From: an uncultured delta proteobacterium
GTDB lineage: Bacteria > Myxococcota_A > Polyangia > Fen-1088
Length of the DNA stretch: 64,000 nt
Assembly (NCBI GenBank): GCA_963755125.1
Contig: CAVWIP010000010.1
Span: 128,001 to 192,000, forward strand
Direction: 5' to 3'
This document shows positions 15,444-25,672 of this stretch, piece by piece. The number at the start of each line of letters is the position of its first letter. Position 1 is the first letter of the stretch. Under the pieces are notes generated by a model, which did no database searches, was not told where the DNA came from, and was given only the letters and a program-made list of their open reading frames with translations. A program made the translations under genes and the position numbers.

Positions 15444-16738
15444 GGGTCGGCTTCCTGACGCCTTATCGCTAGCACGATTTCCAGCCGAGCCGAAGTAACC
15501 GAGTGCCGGGTCGGCCGCGCTACGCGCAATCCGGATTTCACCCGGCGAGAAACGCAGGCCGCAAAGCCCCGCCAGTCAGGCGAAAGCCCGTAGCCCACGT
15601 CCCCACCCATCTCGACCGCCACCTGACGCAAAACGCCCCGGGCATCGATTTCGAGCGAGAGCGCCAAGCGAAGCGTGCTGGGCGCCGAGTCCGGGACTGC
15701 GTCCATGCAGGGCTCGATCAGGCGCGGGCGGCTGCGCCAGGCGGCATCGATCAAGGGTGCCGGCAACGGGCCCTCGGCACGCACGGTGGCGGCGGCTGCC
15801 ACGCGGGCGCGGCGATGTGGACGCGGCGGATCTTCTGCGCCCGCTGCTGCAAGTTCGAGCAGGTGGTTCTCGGCCTGCGTTCTCCAGCGGCCCTCGGGCT
15901 GAGCCGCCAGGAAACGCTGAAAGGCTTGCATCGCCTCGCTGGCCTTGCCCGACACCGAGAGAGCCAGCCCGCGGTAGTAGTGGACCTCGGCCGCGGGCAC
16001 CAGGGCTGCCCCAGAATGCGGATCGGCCGCGGCGTCGAGCAACGCGAGTTCAGGATCACAACCGAGCGCTCGTGCCATGGTCTGGCGAGCGTCGATATCG
16101 CGGGCCGCGCGGTCTTGCGCCACGGCCAGGCCATAGAGCGCTCGCGCCCGCGTGCTGTCGGATTCCGGCCGGTGCTGGTCCAGCGAATCAGTCGCCTTGC
16201 CGAAGCGTGCCTCGGCCTCATCCAGTCGACCGAGGGCCATGTGCAATTCTGCCGCCCTGGTGTGCACCGCGGGCAGGGTGCGAGGATCCGCGATCTCCAA
16301 ATGGCGATCGTACTCGCGCAAGGCCTCGACCAACTGGCCCGCTTGCGCGCGCGCGGCTGCCAGAGCCAGGCTGCAGGGAAAGACCTGGTTGGGACCGTGT
16401 GCCAGGCTGCACGCGCGCTCAAGCGTGGTCACAGCTTCGCCTGCGCGGTCGGTACGAACCAGCACATCACCCAGAGCGACCAGCGCGGACACGTCGTGCG
16501 GCTGCTGGCCGAGTGCCTGGCGTAGCCAGATCTCCGCCCGGTGCAGTGCCTGTTTCTCTGCCGCAGGATTGCCGACCGGCGCGGCCGACAGCTCGACCCG
16601 CGCCCTGTCTATCAGCGCGCCTGCTGGTTCTGACCGCGCATCTTGCGAGTCGCCGGCGTCCGCAGCCGGCTGCGCTGCGACGGCGCGAGCACTCGCGACC
16701 GCCACGGTCATGACCACCATAACCGCACGGCGAAACAT
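15440..16738 (-). CDS. Exported tetratricopeptide-repeat protein
   Basis: Signal-like N-terminus from ATG 16738; several TPR-like helices (ALVALGDVL, YYRGLAL...FQRFL); C-terminal domain resembling TonB-C/GYF_2-associated type. Confidence 0.7.
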   Translation of the reverse strand: MFRRAVMVVMTVAVASARAVAAQPAADAGDSQDARSEPAGALIDRARVELSAAPVGNPAAEKQALHRAEIWLRQALGQQPHDVSALVALGDVLVRTDRAGEAVTTLERACSLAHGPNQVFPCSLALAAARAQAGQLVEALREYDRHLEIADPRTLPAVHTRAAELHMALGRLDEAEARFGKATDSLDQHRPESDSTRARALYGLAVAQDRAARDIDARQTMARALGCDPELALLDAAADPHSGAALVPAAEVHYYRGLALSVSGKASEAMQAFQRFLAAQPEGRWRTQAENHLLELAAAGAEDPPRPHRRARVAAAATVRAEGPLPAPLIDAAWRSRPRLIEPCMDAVPDSAPSTLRLALSLEIDARGVLRQVAVEMGGDVGYGLSPDWRGFAACVSRRVKSGLRVARPTRHSVTSARLEIVLAIRRQEADP

Positions 16739-16823
16739 GTGAGTTCCAGTGTAGCAGAGCCGCCCGAGGGGCCGAGAAGCCCGCTTGCGCCCGGAAGGTT
16801 CCTCTATAACCTTGCCCACTGAA

Positions 16824-18293
16824 ATGAAAAATCCACCTCTCAAGTACGATCTAAAGCAGATCGCCTACGACGCCATGACGGCCCATGGGTTCGAAGCCGA
16901 TTTTCCTGCGGCTGCGCTCGATCAGGCCGCCGCGATTCGCGAGCCGGCCCGGAATCCCTCCGACGGTCTCGTCGACTTGACCCAGCTTGCCTGGTGTTCC
17001 ATCGACAACGACGACTCGCGCGATCTGGATCAGGTCTCGGTGTCGGAAACCCTGCCTGGCGGCCTGATCAAACTGCTGGTGGGCGTGGCCGATGTGGACG
17101 CCTTGCTGCGGCGCGATTCACCGCTCGATCTGCACGCGCGCCGGAACACCACCTCGGTGTACACGGGAATCCGCACCTTCCCCATGCTTCCCGAGCGGCT
17201 CTCGTGCGACCTCACTTCACTCAACCAGGGCCAGGATCGCATCGCCTTCGTGTTTGAATTTGCGGTAGGGCTCGACGGCCGCGTGGGGGATTCGCGCGTG
17301 TACCGGGCCTGGGTGCGCAACCAGGCCCAGCTCACCTACAACGCCGTGGCCGCGTGGCTGGAGGGCAACGGTCCCTTGCCGGCTGCCGCCGCGAAGGTGC
17401 CAGGGCTGGACGCACAGCTTCGCGTGCAGGACGCCGCTGCCCAGCGCCTGCGGCAGGCGCGCCACGAGCAGGGCGCGCTGGATCTGGAAACGCTGCAGCC
17501 CCGGCCCGTTACCGAGAACGATGTCGTGGTGGACCTGGTGGCGGAGCCGCAGAACCGGGCGCAGGAACTGATCGAGGATCTCATGGTGGCCGCCAACGGC
17601 GTCACCACCCGCTACTTGACCGGCAAGGGCCTTCCTACTTTCCGGCGCGTGGTGCGCTCGCCGGAACGCTGGCAACGGATCGTGGCGACTGCGGCGGCCC
17701 TGGGCTGCAAACTGCCGGAGGACGCCGATGCCAAGGCGCTCAACGCTTTCCTGTCCGAACGGAAGGTGAAGGATCCCTTGCGCTTTCCCGACCTGTCACT
17801 GACCGTGGTGAAACTCATGGGTCGAGGCGAATACGTGCTGGAGCTGCCGGGCCAGGCGCCGCTGGGGCATTTCGGCCTGGCCGTGCGGGACTACAGCCAT
17901 TCCACCGCTCCCAACCGGCGCTATCCCGATCTGGTCACCCACCGTCGGCTCAAGGCCGCGCTGTCGGGCGCGGCTGAACCCGGGCTCGGCGATCTCGCAG
18001 CGCTGGCAGCCCACTGCACCGAATGTGAGAACGAAGCCGACAAGGTCGAGCGCCAGGTGCGCAAGTCCGCGGGTGCGGCCCTGCTCTCCGACCGCATCGG
18101 CGAGAGCTTCGAGGCCATCGTCACCGGCGCCTCGGACAAGGGCACCTGGGTCCGCCTGTTCCGTCCGGCGGTGGAAGGCAAGGTGGTGCGGGGGGAAAAG
18201 GGGCTGGACGTGGGCGACCGCTGTCGGGTCAAGCTGGTCGAGGTCAGCGTGCCCAACGGCTGGATCGATTTCTCGGTCACCAGCCAGGCGTGA
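16824..18293 (+). CDS. RNB-domain exoribonuclease (RNase II/R family)
   Basis: SIDNDDSRDLDQ, IEDLMVAAN, HFGLAVRDYSHSTAPNRRYPDL, C-terminal S1. Confidence 0.93.
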   Translation: MKNPPLKYDLKQIAYDAMTAHGFEADFPAAALDQAAAIREPARNPSDGLVDLTQLAWCSIDNDDSRDLDQVSVSETLPGGLIKLLVGVADVDALLRRDSPLDLHARRNTTSVYTGIRTFPMLPERLSCDLTSLNQGQDRIAFVFEFAVGLDGRVGDSRVYRAWVRNQAQLTYNAVAAWLEGNGPLPAAAAKVPGLDAQLRVQDAAAQRLRQARHEQGALDLETLQPRPVTENDVVVDLVAEPQNRAQELIEDLMVAANGVTTRYLTGKGLPTFRRVVRSPERWQRIVATAAALGCKLPEDADAKALNAFLSERKVKDPLRFPDLSLTVVKLMGRGEYVLELPGQAPLGHFGLAVRDYSHSTAPNRRYPDLVTHRRLKAALSGAAEPGLGDLAALAAHCTECENEADKVERQVRKSAGAALLSDRIGESFEAIVTGASDKGTWVRLFRPAVEGKVVRGEKGLDVGDRCRVKLVEVSVPNGWIDFSVTSQA

Positions 18294-18330
18294 AGCGAGG
18301 CGACCTCCGCCCGACCGGGCTCGGCCACCG

Positions 18331-19311
18331 TCACAGCAGCAGGATGCGCGTGCCGTCGAAATCGAAACGGAAGCGCAACTCTTCGAGCCCCGCGTCGGCC
18401 ATGGCCCGCGCCAGCTTCCGGCGATTCTCGGCGTAAAACAGCAAAAATCCCCCGCCCCCTGCCCCGACGAGTTTTCCGCCGATGGCGCCGTTGGCGCGAG
18501 CCAGGGCGTACCACGCATCGATCTTGGGATTGGAGATAGCGCCCGATCGGCGCTTCTTGACCTCCCAGTGCTCGTGAAAGATCTCGCCCAGCTCCGCGCA
18601 GCGCCCCGCCTCCAGCGCGCGCTGGCTGCGCAGGCCGAGCTCCTTGACGAAGTGCAGATTCTCGATCACCGCCGCGTCGTCCTTGCGCGTGCGCAAATCC
18701 TGATCCTGCAGGATGACACTGGCACTGCGATCGAACCCGGTGAAGAAGAGCGCCAGGTTGTCCTCGAGATCGAAGAGCGTCGCGGGACTCAGCTTGAGCG
18801 GGGCCACGTCCACCTGATCGTTGCGGTGGAACTGGAAGCTGGTGATCCCGCCGTAGGCCGAAACATACTGGTCTTGCTTGCCCACGGGCGAGGCCAGGCG
18901 GTCGATCTCGATCTCGCAGGCCAGGCTAGCAATCTCGCCGGTCTCCATCGGCTTCTTCTGGTAGGCGCCGATGGCTTTCACCAGCGCGGCGGTGAACGCC
19001 CCCGAGGAGCCCAGCCCGGTGCCCGAGGGAATGTCGGCCAGCGTGGTGATCTCGATCTGCCAGGGATCCGGCGACATCATGCGCAGGGTCTCGCGCATGA
19101 TGGGGTGTTGCACCTGATCCACGCGCTCGACCCGTTCCAGACTGGAGTACTTCAGGAAGATCCCGGGCGTGAAGGGCCGGATCACCGAAACGTAGACGTA
19201 CTTGTCGATGGCGGCGGAGATGAGCGCGCCGCCGTGGTTGCGGTAGTAGGACGGCAGGTCCGTGCCCCCGCCCCCCAGAGTGATGCGCAACGGGCTTCTG
19301 ACGATGATCAT
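18331..19311 (-). CDS. GHMP-family sugar kinase (HddA/heptose-7-phosphate kinase-like)
   Basis: RSPLRITLGGGGTD, GTGLGSSG, GKQDQY, GAGGGGF. Confidence 0.9.
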   Translation of the reverse strand: MIIVRSPLRITLGGGGTDLPSYYRNHGGALISAAIDKYVYVSVIRPFTPGIFLKYSSLERVERVDQVQHPIMRETLRMMSPDPWQIEITTLADIPSGTGLGSSGAFTAALVKAIGAYQKKPMETGEIASLACEIEIDRLASPVGKQDQYVSAYGGITSFQFHRNDQVDVAPLKLSPATLFDLEDNLALFFTGFDRSASVILQDQDLRTRKDDAAVIENLHFVKELGLRSQRALEAGRCAELGEIFHEHWEVKKRRSGAISNPKIDAWYALARANGAIGGKLVGAGGGGFLLFYAENRRKLARAMADAGLEELRFRFDFDGTRILLL

Positions 19312-20282
19312 GATCGGGACACCTCGTAGATCCGTTCGACCACCCGGAGCGCGGCCGCGGCATCCGAAAGTCCCGGCGCGGGCGACCGGCCCAGGGCCAC
19401 GTCCTGATAAAAATCCGCCAGCTCGGCCGCCCAGGAATCGTCAGCGCGCGGGTAATCCCACGACGTGGTCTCCGGCGGCCCCATTTCCGGCAGCATGCGG
19501 TAGTGGGTCAGCCGCTCCACCCCGTAGCTGCCTCCCAGTCCCTGCACCTCCAGCTTTCCGTCGCGCCCGAACGCCTCGAACGAGAAGAGGTTCTTCCACT
19601 CGGAACAACTGCAGTGCATGAAGGCCACCTTCTTCTCCGCGGTTCGCAGCAACAAGAAGGCATTGTCCTCCACCGGCATGTCCCAGAACCAGTTGCCCGC
19701 CAGTCCGTCGACCTGGACGAACTCCCCGGCAAACCACCGGGCCAGATCGATGAGGTGCATGCCTTGATCGATCAGCTCGCCGCCGCCGGAAACCTCGGGA
19801 CGCGCCCGCCACTCCTTCTGGTAGCCCACCCGGCCGCCGTGCCCGTAGCGCGCGCGCAGGTACATTAGCGGCCCCACCGCTCCGGCGACAAACATCTCGT
19901 GGGCCTTGCGCAGGGCTGGATGGTAGCGATGGTTGAAGCCCACCCGCACCAGCACCCCACGGCTGCGCGCCGCCTCGATTACGGCGGCAAGCTCGCTCGC
20001 CCGACGCGCGGCCGGCTTCTCGACCAGAACGTGCTTGCCCGCCTCGACCGCGGCCAGGGTCACCGGCGCCAGCCCGTCGTGGGTGGTCGCCACCACCACC
20101 ATCTGCACCTCTGGCCGCGTGACCATCTCGCGCCAGTCCGCCACCGCCTGCGCGCCATGTTCGGCCGCCAACGCCTGCGCGCGATCGAGAACCGCGTCCG
20201 AGCACGCCACCAGTTTCCCGGCGCCCAAAGACTGCGCGCGCTTGCGCCCGATCAGCCCACAGCCCACGATGCCCACGTTCAT
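19308..20282 (-). CDS. Gfo/Idh/MocA family oxidoreductase
   Basis: VGCGLIG, HVLVEKP, GFNHR, GGGELIDQGMHLID. Confidence 0.92.
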   Translation of the reverse strand: MNVGIVGCGLIGRKRAQSLGAGKLVACSDAVLDRAQALAAEHGAQAVADWREMVTRPEVQMVVVATTHDGLAPVTLAAVEAGKHVLVEKPAARRASELAAVIEAARSRGVLVRVGFNHRYHPALRKAHEMFVAGAVGPLMYLRARYGHGGRVGYQKEWRARPEVSGGGELIDQGMHLIDLARWFAGEFVQVDGLAGNWFWDMPVEDNAFLLLRTAEKKVAFMHCSCSEWKNLFSFEAFGRDGKLEVQGLGGSYGVERLTHYRMLPEMGPPETTSWDYPRADDSWAAELADFYQDVALGRSPAPGLSDAAAALRVVERIYEVSRS

Positions 20283-20304
20283 CTCTGTCTCCCAAACTTC
20301 ACGA

Positions 20305-21258
20305 CTATCTCCGATCCAGGACCCATGGGTTGTCCCGCAGAAACTGCAGGGTGCGTTCGATGCCTTGCTTGATGGTGAGCTTGGGCGCCCAGCCCAGCTT
20401 CCGGATCTTGGCACAGTCGAGAAAGATGAAGGGACTGTCGCCAATCCAGCCACGCTCGCCACCCGCGTAGCTCAGAGCGGGACGCAACCCCATATGGCCG
20501 GTGATCCAGCCAATCGAATCGTCGACGGTGCAGAACTCGTCCGTGCCCAGATTGAACACATCGACCGGGCCGCTGCACCTGTCCATGGCCAGGAGCATGG
20601 CGCCCACGCAGTCCTGCACGTAGAGGTAGGACTTGCGCTGCCGACCGTCGCCCAGCACGTACAACTGGCCCGGGTGCTCGCGGAGTTGCTTGCAGAAGTC
20701 GAAGACATGTCCGTGCGAGTAGCGTTCACCCAGGATCGAGACGAAGCGGAAGATGCAGCCGCGCATTCCGAATCCAGCGCAGTAGGCTGCAATCAAGGCC
20801 TCGCCCGCGGCCTTGGACGCGCCATACAGCGAGGTCTGCACGGGAAAGGGCGCATCCTCGGGCGTGGGGAATACCCGTGGCTCACCGTATATCGATCCCG
20901 TCGACGAGAATCCGATCTGCTTCACGCCACCCTGCCGCATGGACTCGAGCACGTTCCATGTCGCGATGGTGTTCTGCTCCAAATCCCGGCGCGGGTGCTC
21001 AGTTCCAAAGCGCACGTCCGCATTGGCCGCCAGGTGCATCACCACATCCGCGCCGGCCGCGGCCGCAGTCAACTCCTCCAGGTTCAGCACATCCCCGCGC
21101 ACCAGCCGGAATCGCTTGTGGTCGAGAGCCTGCGACAAGAAAGCCATCTGCCCGGTAGAGAAGTTGTCGTACCCAACCACCTCGTGACCGTCGGCCAGCA
21201 GTCGGTCGGTGAGGTTGCTGCCCACGAATCCCGCGCATCCCGTGACAAGATACTTCAT
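20305..21258 (-). CDS. NAD-dependent epimerase/dehydratase (GalE-like)
   Basis: VTGCAGFVGS, HLAA, SSTGSIYG, YGASK; ATG at 21258 overlaps upstream stop. Confidence 0.93.
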   Translation of the reverse strand: MKYLVTGCAGFVGSNLTDRLLADGHEVVGYDNFSTGQMAFLSQALDHKRFRLVRGDVLNLEELTAAAAGADVVMHLAANADVRFGTEHPRRDLEQNTIATWNVLESMRQGGVKQIGFSSTGSIYGEPRVFPTPEDAPFPVQTSLYGASKAAGEALIAAYCAGFGMRGCIFRFVSILGERYSHGHVFDFCKQLREHPGQLYVLGDGRQRKSYLYVQDCVGAMLLAMDRCSGPVDVFNLGTDEFCTVDDSIGWITGHMGLRPALSYAGGERGWIGDSPFIFLDCAKIRKLGWAPKLTIKQGIERTLQFLRDNPWVLDRR

Positions 21259-22280
21259 CCGAAGTCTCTGCCATCCTGCGGGACCGCCCCTCGGGGGCCC
21301 CGCGATGGTTCCGTGGCTGTCTGGTTCAAGTTTGCCACCGGGCCGGACAGCCCAAGCGATTCCTCGACGATGAACTTGGGCCGCTGCTTGGCCTCGTCGT
21401 AGATGCGACCGATGTACGCACCCAGCACGCCCATGCTCATGAGCTGAACACCGCCCAGAAACAGCATCAGGATACAGGTCGTGGCCAGGCCCTGCACGAA
21501 CACGTAAAGCCCCCTGGACTTCAAGTAGGCGACCACGGGCACGGCCAGCAGGGCCAGGGCCGCCATGATGAATCCTGCCACGATCATCATGCTGAGCAAC
21601 GCATCCGAAAAAGCGATGATGCCGTTGATTCCGATGCGCAGACTGCCGGTGAGGCGATTGTACTTGCCCTCGCCCGCCGCGCGCGCTTCTCGATCGAAAG
21701 GCAGCAGAATCGCCTTGAACCCCACCACGCTGGTCAGCCCGCGCAGAAAGCCGTGGCTCTCCTTGAGCTTGACGATCTCCTCGACCACCCGCCGGTCCAT
21801 GAGACGAAAATCCCCGGTGTTGCGCGGGATGGGCACCGTCGCAATGCGATTGATCGCCCAGTAGCCGGCGTACGAGATGATGCGCTTGATCATCGTCTCG
21901 CCCCGGCGCGAGCGGCGTTGCGGAACCACCACCTTGTAGCCCTGGCGCCACAGCCGCACCATCTCCTCGATGAGCTGCGGGGGATCCTGCAGGTCGCAGT
22001 CGATCACCACCACCGCCTGCCCGGTAGCGTAGGCCAGGCCGCCCAAGGTGGCCGCAGGCTGGCCAAAGCGGCGCGAAAACACCAGCAGCTTGATCCGTGG
22101 ATCGCGCGCGTGCTCCTGCCGTATCAGATCGACCGTGCCGTCGGTGCAAGGATCCGCCGCGAAGATGATCTCGTAGTCCTGCGTGACGGGCAGCAGAGCC
22201 GCACGCATTCTTTCCAGGAATCGCGGCAGGGTTTGCTGCTCGTTGTAGACGGGCACCACGATGGAAAGCAGGCAGGGCAT
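21255..22280 (-). CDS. Glycosyltransferase family 2 (GtrB/polyprenol-phosphate type)
   Basis: VVPVYNE, SRRFG, IDCDLQDPP, GDFRLMDRRV, two C-terminal TM helices then YIGRIY..KQRP. Confidence 0.93.
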   Translation of the reverse strand: MPCLLSIVVPVYNEQQTLPRFLERMRAALLPVTQDYEIIFAADPCTDGTVDLIRQEHARDPRIKLLVFSRRFGQPAATLGGLAYATGQAVVVIDCDLQDPPQLIEEMVRLWRQGYKVVVPQRRSRRGETMIKRIISYAGYWAINRIATVPIPRNTGDFRLMDRRVVEEIVKLKESHGFLRGLTSVVGFKAILLPFDREARAAGEGKYNRLTGSLRIGINGIIAFSDALLSMMIVAGFIMAALALLAVPVVAYLKSRGLYVFVQGLATTCILMLFLGGVQLMSMGVLGAYIGRIYDEAKQRPKFIVEESLGLSGPVANLNQTATEPSRGPRGAVPQDGRDFG

Positions 22281-22414
22281 GGAGGGCTCAGGTCAAGCGG
22301 ACCCAAGCCTGATCATAGGGGGCGTGTACTGCGCCGGTCAATCGCGGAGTGCGCATCGACAACTCTGTTCAATAGTGGCGACAGATCGGGTGATCTTCGC
22401 GTAATCTCCCGGCC

Positions 22415-22693
22415 ATGATCAAGCACAACACTTACTTCGACGGCAAGGTTCAAAGTCTGGGCTTCGAGCGCAACGGCCGCCGCGCCACCGCGGGCGTGGT
22501 GCAACCCGGGGAATTCCACTTCGACACCGGCGGCGCCGAACGCATGATCGTGGTCAGCGGCGAGCTGGCCGCGCGCCTGCCCGGCGGCCAGTGGAAGCAC
22601 TACCCGGTAGGCACCGCTTTCGAGGTTCCCGCCAAGACCGGATTTGACATTCGCGCGGACCAGCCGGCCGCGTACATATGTGAGTTCATCTAG
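22415..22693 (+). CDS. ppnP: Pyrimidine/purine nucleoside phosphorylase (YaiE)
   Basis: NTYFDGKVQSLGF, TAGVVQPGEFHFDT..AERM, AYICEF. Confidence 0.9.
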   Translation: MIKHNTYFDGKVQSLGFERNGRRATAGVVQPGEFHFDTGGAERMIVVSGELAARLPGGQWKHYPVGTAFEVPAKTGFDIRADQPAAYICEFI

Positions 22694-22706
22694 CCGAAAA
22701 ACCCGG

Positions 22707-23579
22707 TCATCTATCTCCCCAGGGAAAGCCACGGTCCTTGGGGACCACCCGTCGCAGGGTGTAGACGTCGCTGTTCAGATCGTTCCAGTGACTCGGCAGG
22801 GTCTCCCACGGATCCCAGATCGCGCTGAGAACCTTGCCGGTGATCCCGTCGCTGGCGGCTGACGCCAGGAACACCGCCAGGGCAGCGCCACGCTCGACCG
22901 GGGCGCCGCCTTCCTGCTTTTGCTTGGCCGCCCTGGTGTAGAACGACTCACCCACTCGCTCGGGCCCTGCAGCCAGCACCTCATCGAGCAGGCGGGTGTT
23001 GAGCGGGCCTGGCGCAATAGAGTTGACGTCGATGTGATCGTCGCGCGCCTCTTCGGCGAGCGTCTCGGCGAAGCGGACAATGGCCGCCTTCGAGGCCGCG
23101 TAGGCGCTGATGCGCGGCAACGGATTGGTCGCCCCGCCGCCCGAGAGCTGAACGATCTTGCCGTAGCGGTTCGCCCGGAATTGCGGCAGCACGGCCCGAC
23201 ACATCAGCACCGAGCCCATCAGGTTGATCTCGATGGCCCGCAGCCAGTCGCTCCACTCGATATCCTCGATGCGCCCCAGCGGCCCATAGATCCCGGCGTT
23301 GTTCACCAGGATTTGCACCGTCCCCAGTGCGTCCGTGGCGTGGGCAACCACTCTCGCGACGTCTGCCGGCTGCGAGACGTCCGCCGCCTCGCCAAGGATC
23401 GTCTGCTTTGGGGCCGCGCAGGCGCACAGGCTGTCGACGGCTGCCGCCAGTTTGCCGCCGTCCCTCGCGCAAAGAAACAAGTTCGCCCCGGCGCCGAGGT
23501 AGGCCTGGGCAATGGCCAGACCCAGCCCCTGGTTGGCGCCCGTGATGATGGCAGCACGGCCTGCCAGCACGCCTGTCAT
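22707..23579 (-). CDS. Short-chain dehydrogenase/reductase
   Basis: TGANQGLG, NNAG, YAASK, ITGK. Confidence 0.93.
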   Translation of the reverse strand: MTGVLAGRAAIITGANQGLGLAIAQAYLGAGANLFLCARDGGKLAAAVDSLCACAAPKQTILGEAADVSQPADVARVVAHATDALGTVQILVNNAGIYGPLGRIEDIEWSDWLRAIEINLMGSVLMCRAVLPQFRANRYGKIVQLSGGGATNPLPRISAYAASKAAIVRFAETLAEEARDDHIDVNSIAPGPLNTRLLDEVLAAGPERVGESFYTRAAKQKQEGGAPVERGAALAVFLASAASDGITGKVLSAIWDPWETLPSHWNDLNSDVYTLRRVVPKDRGFPWGDR

Positions 23580-24850
23580 GCTGATCCTTTTCCGATGGTA
23601 ACGTAGCGGACCGCCGCGTGGCCCTCGAACTTGTCGCGGAGAAATCGGTTTGCATCGACCACCGTGAGCGTACCGCGAATGTCGAGGTCGACCTCGCGAT
23701 ACACGGGCCATTCTGTTGCGACAACCAGCGCGTCGACGTTGCTCGCCGCTGCCGCGGGTGAGCCCTGCAGTTCGATGATCGACTGCAGTTCCTGGGGCAG
23801 CGCTTTGACCGCGGGATCATGGGCAACCACGCGCGCTCCCTGTTGGTGAAGCCAACGGCAAAGCTCGACGGCGCCAGAGCGCCGCAAGGTATCGGTTCCC
23901 GGTTTGTAGGTCAGCCCCCACACGCCCACGGTGCGATGGCGCAGATCCCCGAGAAGCGTCTGCAGTTTGTGCCGTGTCCAGCCCTTGTGCAGATCGTTGC
24001 TGGTCTTCACCGACGCGATGAGCGGCGATGGTCGACCGGCCTTCTTGCTCACCTCGCCGAGAAAGGCGATGTCCCGCGCCAGGGTTCCACCCGCAAAGGC
24101 CGCGCCGGGCGACAGGTAGGCCCGCGGTCCGATGCGCGATTCCGACTTCAAACCGCGTTCCACCTCCTTGGCGTCCGCGCCGACCTCTTCGCAGATGGTC
24201 GCGATCTCGTTGATGAAGACGACGGACGTGGCCAGAAAAGCGTTGATCGCGTGCTTGGTCATCTCCGCTGATTCAACCGACATCCATTCAATCCGGTCAG
24301 TCAGCGGCGCGAGCAAGGTCGCAATCCTGGCGCGGTCGCTGTCGCCGCGCACCCCCGCAACAACCCGGTCAGGCTTGCTGAACACTTCGATGGCCTTGCC
24401 CAGGCGGAGATTCTCCGGCAACGCCGCAAACGAAATATCCTGGCGCCCACACCGTCGTTCAAGCGCAGCAACCGAGCCGACCGGAAGCTGTGACGAAACG
24501 ACGACCAGGGTTCCCGGTTCGAGCAAGGGAAAGAGTTTCTCGACCCGCGACACGACATGGTTGACGTCCGCACGATCATCCTCGGATACCGGCGTGTCGA
24601 ACGCGATCCACAGCACCGATGCGCTCTTGACGGCTTCCCCCGCGTTGGTCGTGAAGCGCAGAAGGCCCGCTTCGATTCCTTTGCGAATCAGCTCGTCGAG
24701 CCCTGGTTCATACAGCGGCGCCTGCCCGCGGTTCAAAGCTTCGACGGTCTCCCCCGCCTCATCGAGACCCGTCACGTCGCAGCCACTATCGGCCAGACAG
24801 GCGGCAGTGACCGAGCCAAGATGCCAGAGACCAGCAACACAGACCTTCAT
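23576..24850 (-). CDS. UDP-glucose/GDP-mannose dehydrogenase family protein (atypical active site)
   Basis: PLYEPGL, DTP, AEMTKHAINAFLA, GLTYKPGTDTLRRS, HDP, ATEW; catalytic Cys position reads GGTLARD. Confidence 0.88.
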   Translation of the reverse strand: MKVCVAGLWHLGSVTAACLADSGCDVTGLDEAGETVEALNRGQAPLYEPGLDELIRKGIEAGLLRFTTNAGEAVKSASVLWIAFDTPVSEDDRADVNHVVSRVEKLFPLLEPGTLVVVSSQLPVGSVAALERRCGRQDISFAALPENLRLGKAIEVFSKPDRVVAGVRGDSDRARIATLLAPLTDRIEWMSVESAEMTKHAINAFLATSVVFINEIATICEEVGADAKEVERGLKSESRIGPRAYLSPGAAFAGGTLARDIAFLGEVSKKAGRPSPLIASVKTSNDLHKGWTRHKLQTLLGDLRHRTVGVWGLTYKPGTDTLRRSGAVELCRWLHQQGARVVAHDPAVKALPQELQSIIELQGSPAAAASNVDALVVATEWPVYREVDLDIRGTLTVVDANRFLRDKFEGHAAVRYVTIGKGSA

Positions 24851-25091
24851 GAACGCGCCCCGCGAACCCAGGGATGGGGGAGGCGACCATCGAGCACACG
24901 GGAATTGTCGCCCGGCCAGCCACGGCCGGCGTCGGCAGATTCGCTGTGCAGGATCACCCTGAGATGCTCCGAGATCGAACTGACTGAGTCAAGCCCTGAT
25001 GTGAACGTCTACTCTCGACGATTACGTCGAAAGTGGCGCGTTCACTCACAGCAGAGCATCTAACCTCGCGAACCTCACCAGGAGACCTCAC

Positions 25092-25634
25092 ATGGCAACC
25101 AATTCCAGAACCATCCCCACGGTCATCTTCACCCTGGGACTCGGCCTTGCCGCTGGCTGCGCGACGAGCGGCGCGGCCGAAAAGTACGAGGCGGAGCAGA
25201 AGCTGGTCAGCGGCCACATCGAGATCTTCGATGACCTCGACTTCAACGTGTTCACCGGGCAGAAGTGGGCGGAACTTCACCGCAGCCACTCCCAGGACAT
25301 CACGGTGTACTGGCCTGATGGACACGCGACCAAGGGCATCGAAAAGCACATCGAGGATTTGAAGGCGATGTTCGTCTGGGCGCCCGACACGCGGATCAAG
25401 GAGCACCCGGTGAAACTCGGGCAGCGCGACTGGACGGCCGTCATCGGCTTCATGGAAGGAACATTCACGCAACCCATGCCCATCGGAGAGGGCAAAACCA
25501 TCCCGCCGACCGGGAAGGCCTACAAGATCAGGATGGCGACCATCGGCCACTGGAACAACGACGGCGTGATGGATGCGGAGTACCTCTTCTGGGACAATCA
25601 GGAGTTCCTGAAGGAGATCGGGCTCGGGAAGTAG
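25092..25634 (+). CDS. SnoaL-like/ester cyclase family lipoprotein
   Basis: Lipobox LAAGC; FDDLDFNVF, EGTFTQPM, PPTGK, EYLFWD. Confidence 0.82.
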   Translation: MATNSRTIPTVIFTLGLGLAAGCATSGAAEKYEAEQKLVSGHIEIFDDLDFNVFTGQKWAELHRSHSQDITVYWPDGHATKGIEKHIEDLKAMFVWAPDTRIKEHPVKLGQRDWTAVIGFMEGTFTQPMPIGEGKTIPPTGKAYKIRMATIGHWNNDGVMDAEYLFWDNQEFLKEIGLGK

Positions 25635-25672
25635 GACCGAGGACTCTGGCCAGGAACGCGAAGGAGCTAGGA

